Shown here piece after piece: positions 5,758 through 5,998 of a DNA stretch of 5,998 bases (positions are counted from its first letter, which is position 1; the number at the start of each line of letters is the position of its first letter). The position numbers were made by a program, and so were the translations under genes. Location: the NCBI RefSeq assembly GCF_006345805.1, contig NW_021829713.1, positions 1 to 5,998 on the forward strand. Direction: 5' to 3'. The notes under the pieces are model-generated. The model did not search any database. It saw only the letters and a program-made list of their open reading frames with translations, and was not told the DNA's origin. This DNA is from Octopus sinensis. Taxonomy: Eukaryota.

Positions 5758-5936
5758 TACGTATGTAAGTCAGGTATTCATACAGCGTCTGTCTACCAAA
5801 GTTGCTCTCAAAGGCATTGGACGGTTCCAAGACTGTAGTAGAAGACACATATTCCAAATTCAACGCAACAGAATTGAACCCGAAACCACGTGGTTGCAAG
5901 CCGATCTTCTTAACTACACAAGTCACGCCTGCGCCT
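5758..5936 (-). mobile_element. Diverged tRNA-derived SINE (type C), 5' half
   Basis: Minus strand reads AGGCGCAGGCGTGACTTGTGTAGTTAAGAAG (degenerate A box), then GGGTTCAATTCT (B box, plus 5870-5881), then TTGGAATATGTGTCTTCTACTACAG...TTTGGTAGACAG, and runs into (TA)n. Resembles a common octopus SINE from memory. Confidence 0.72.
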
Positions 5937-5998
5937 ATTATGCATAATAAAAAAGAAGAGAGAAAAATGATAAAACATCTCTGGTTTTATCATGTTCA

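Noticed and set aside
1119-5926. Remaining ORFs with YI/CV/HT-rich translations (for example 1119-1358, 1151-1555, 4506-4856, 4866-5360, 5471-5653)
   Set aside because: They stay open only because dinucleotide repeats lack stop codons, or they are translations of SINEs. No protein family is recognisable.

Overview
AT-rich, microsatellite-dense eukaryotic non-coding DNA with no intact protein-coding gene. The SINE families and the (TA)n/(CA)n density resemble an octopus or other coleoid cephalopod genome; this is recognition from memory, not a database result. Bases 1-1048 are a decayed R4/Dong-type non-LTR retrotransposon ORF fragment, interrupted by a tRNA-derived SINE flanked by a target-site duplication. 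The rest is a patchwork of at least four tRNA-derived SINE types (full-length, truncated, head-to-tail dimer, fold-back), a diverged ~290 bp direct duplication and many simple repeats. Two features are not explained by this: (1) a complete type I hammerhead ribozyme fold on the + strand at 4375-4468, with an unusually long stem II and a self-complementary short stem III, as seen in Penelope-like elements and retrozymes; (2) a 688 bp unit at 4833-5520 bounded by ~100 bp inverted repeats that differ by a single T. All ORFs in the supplied track are microsatellite read-throughs, antisense shadows or repeat-derived.
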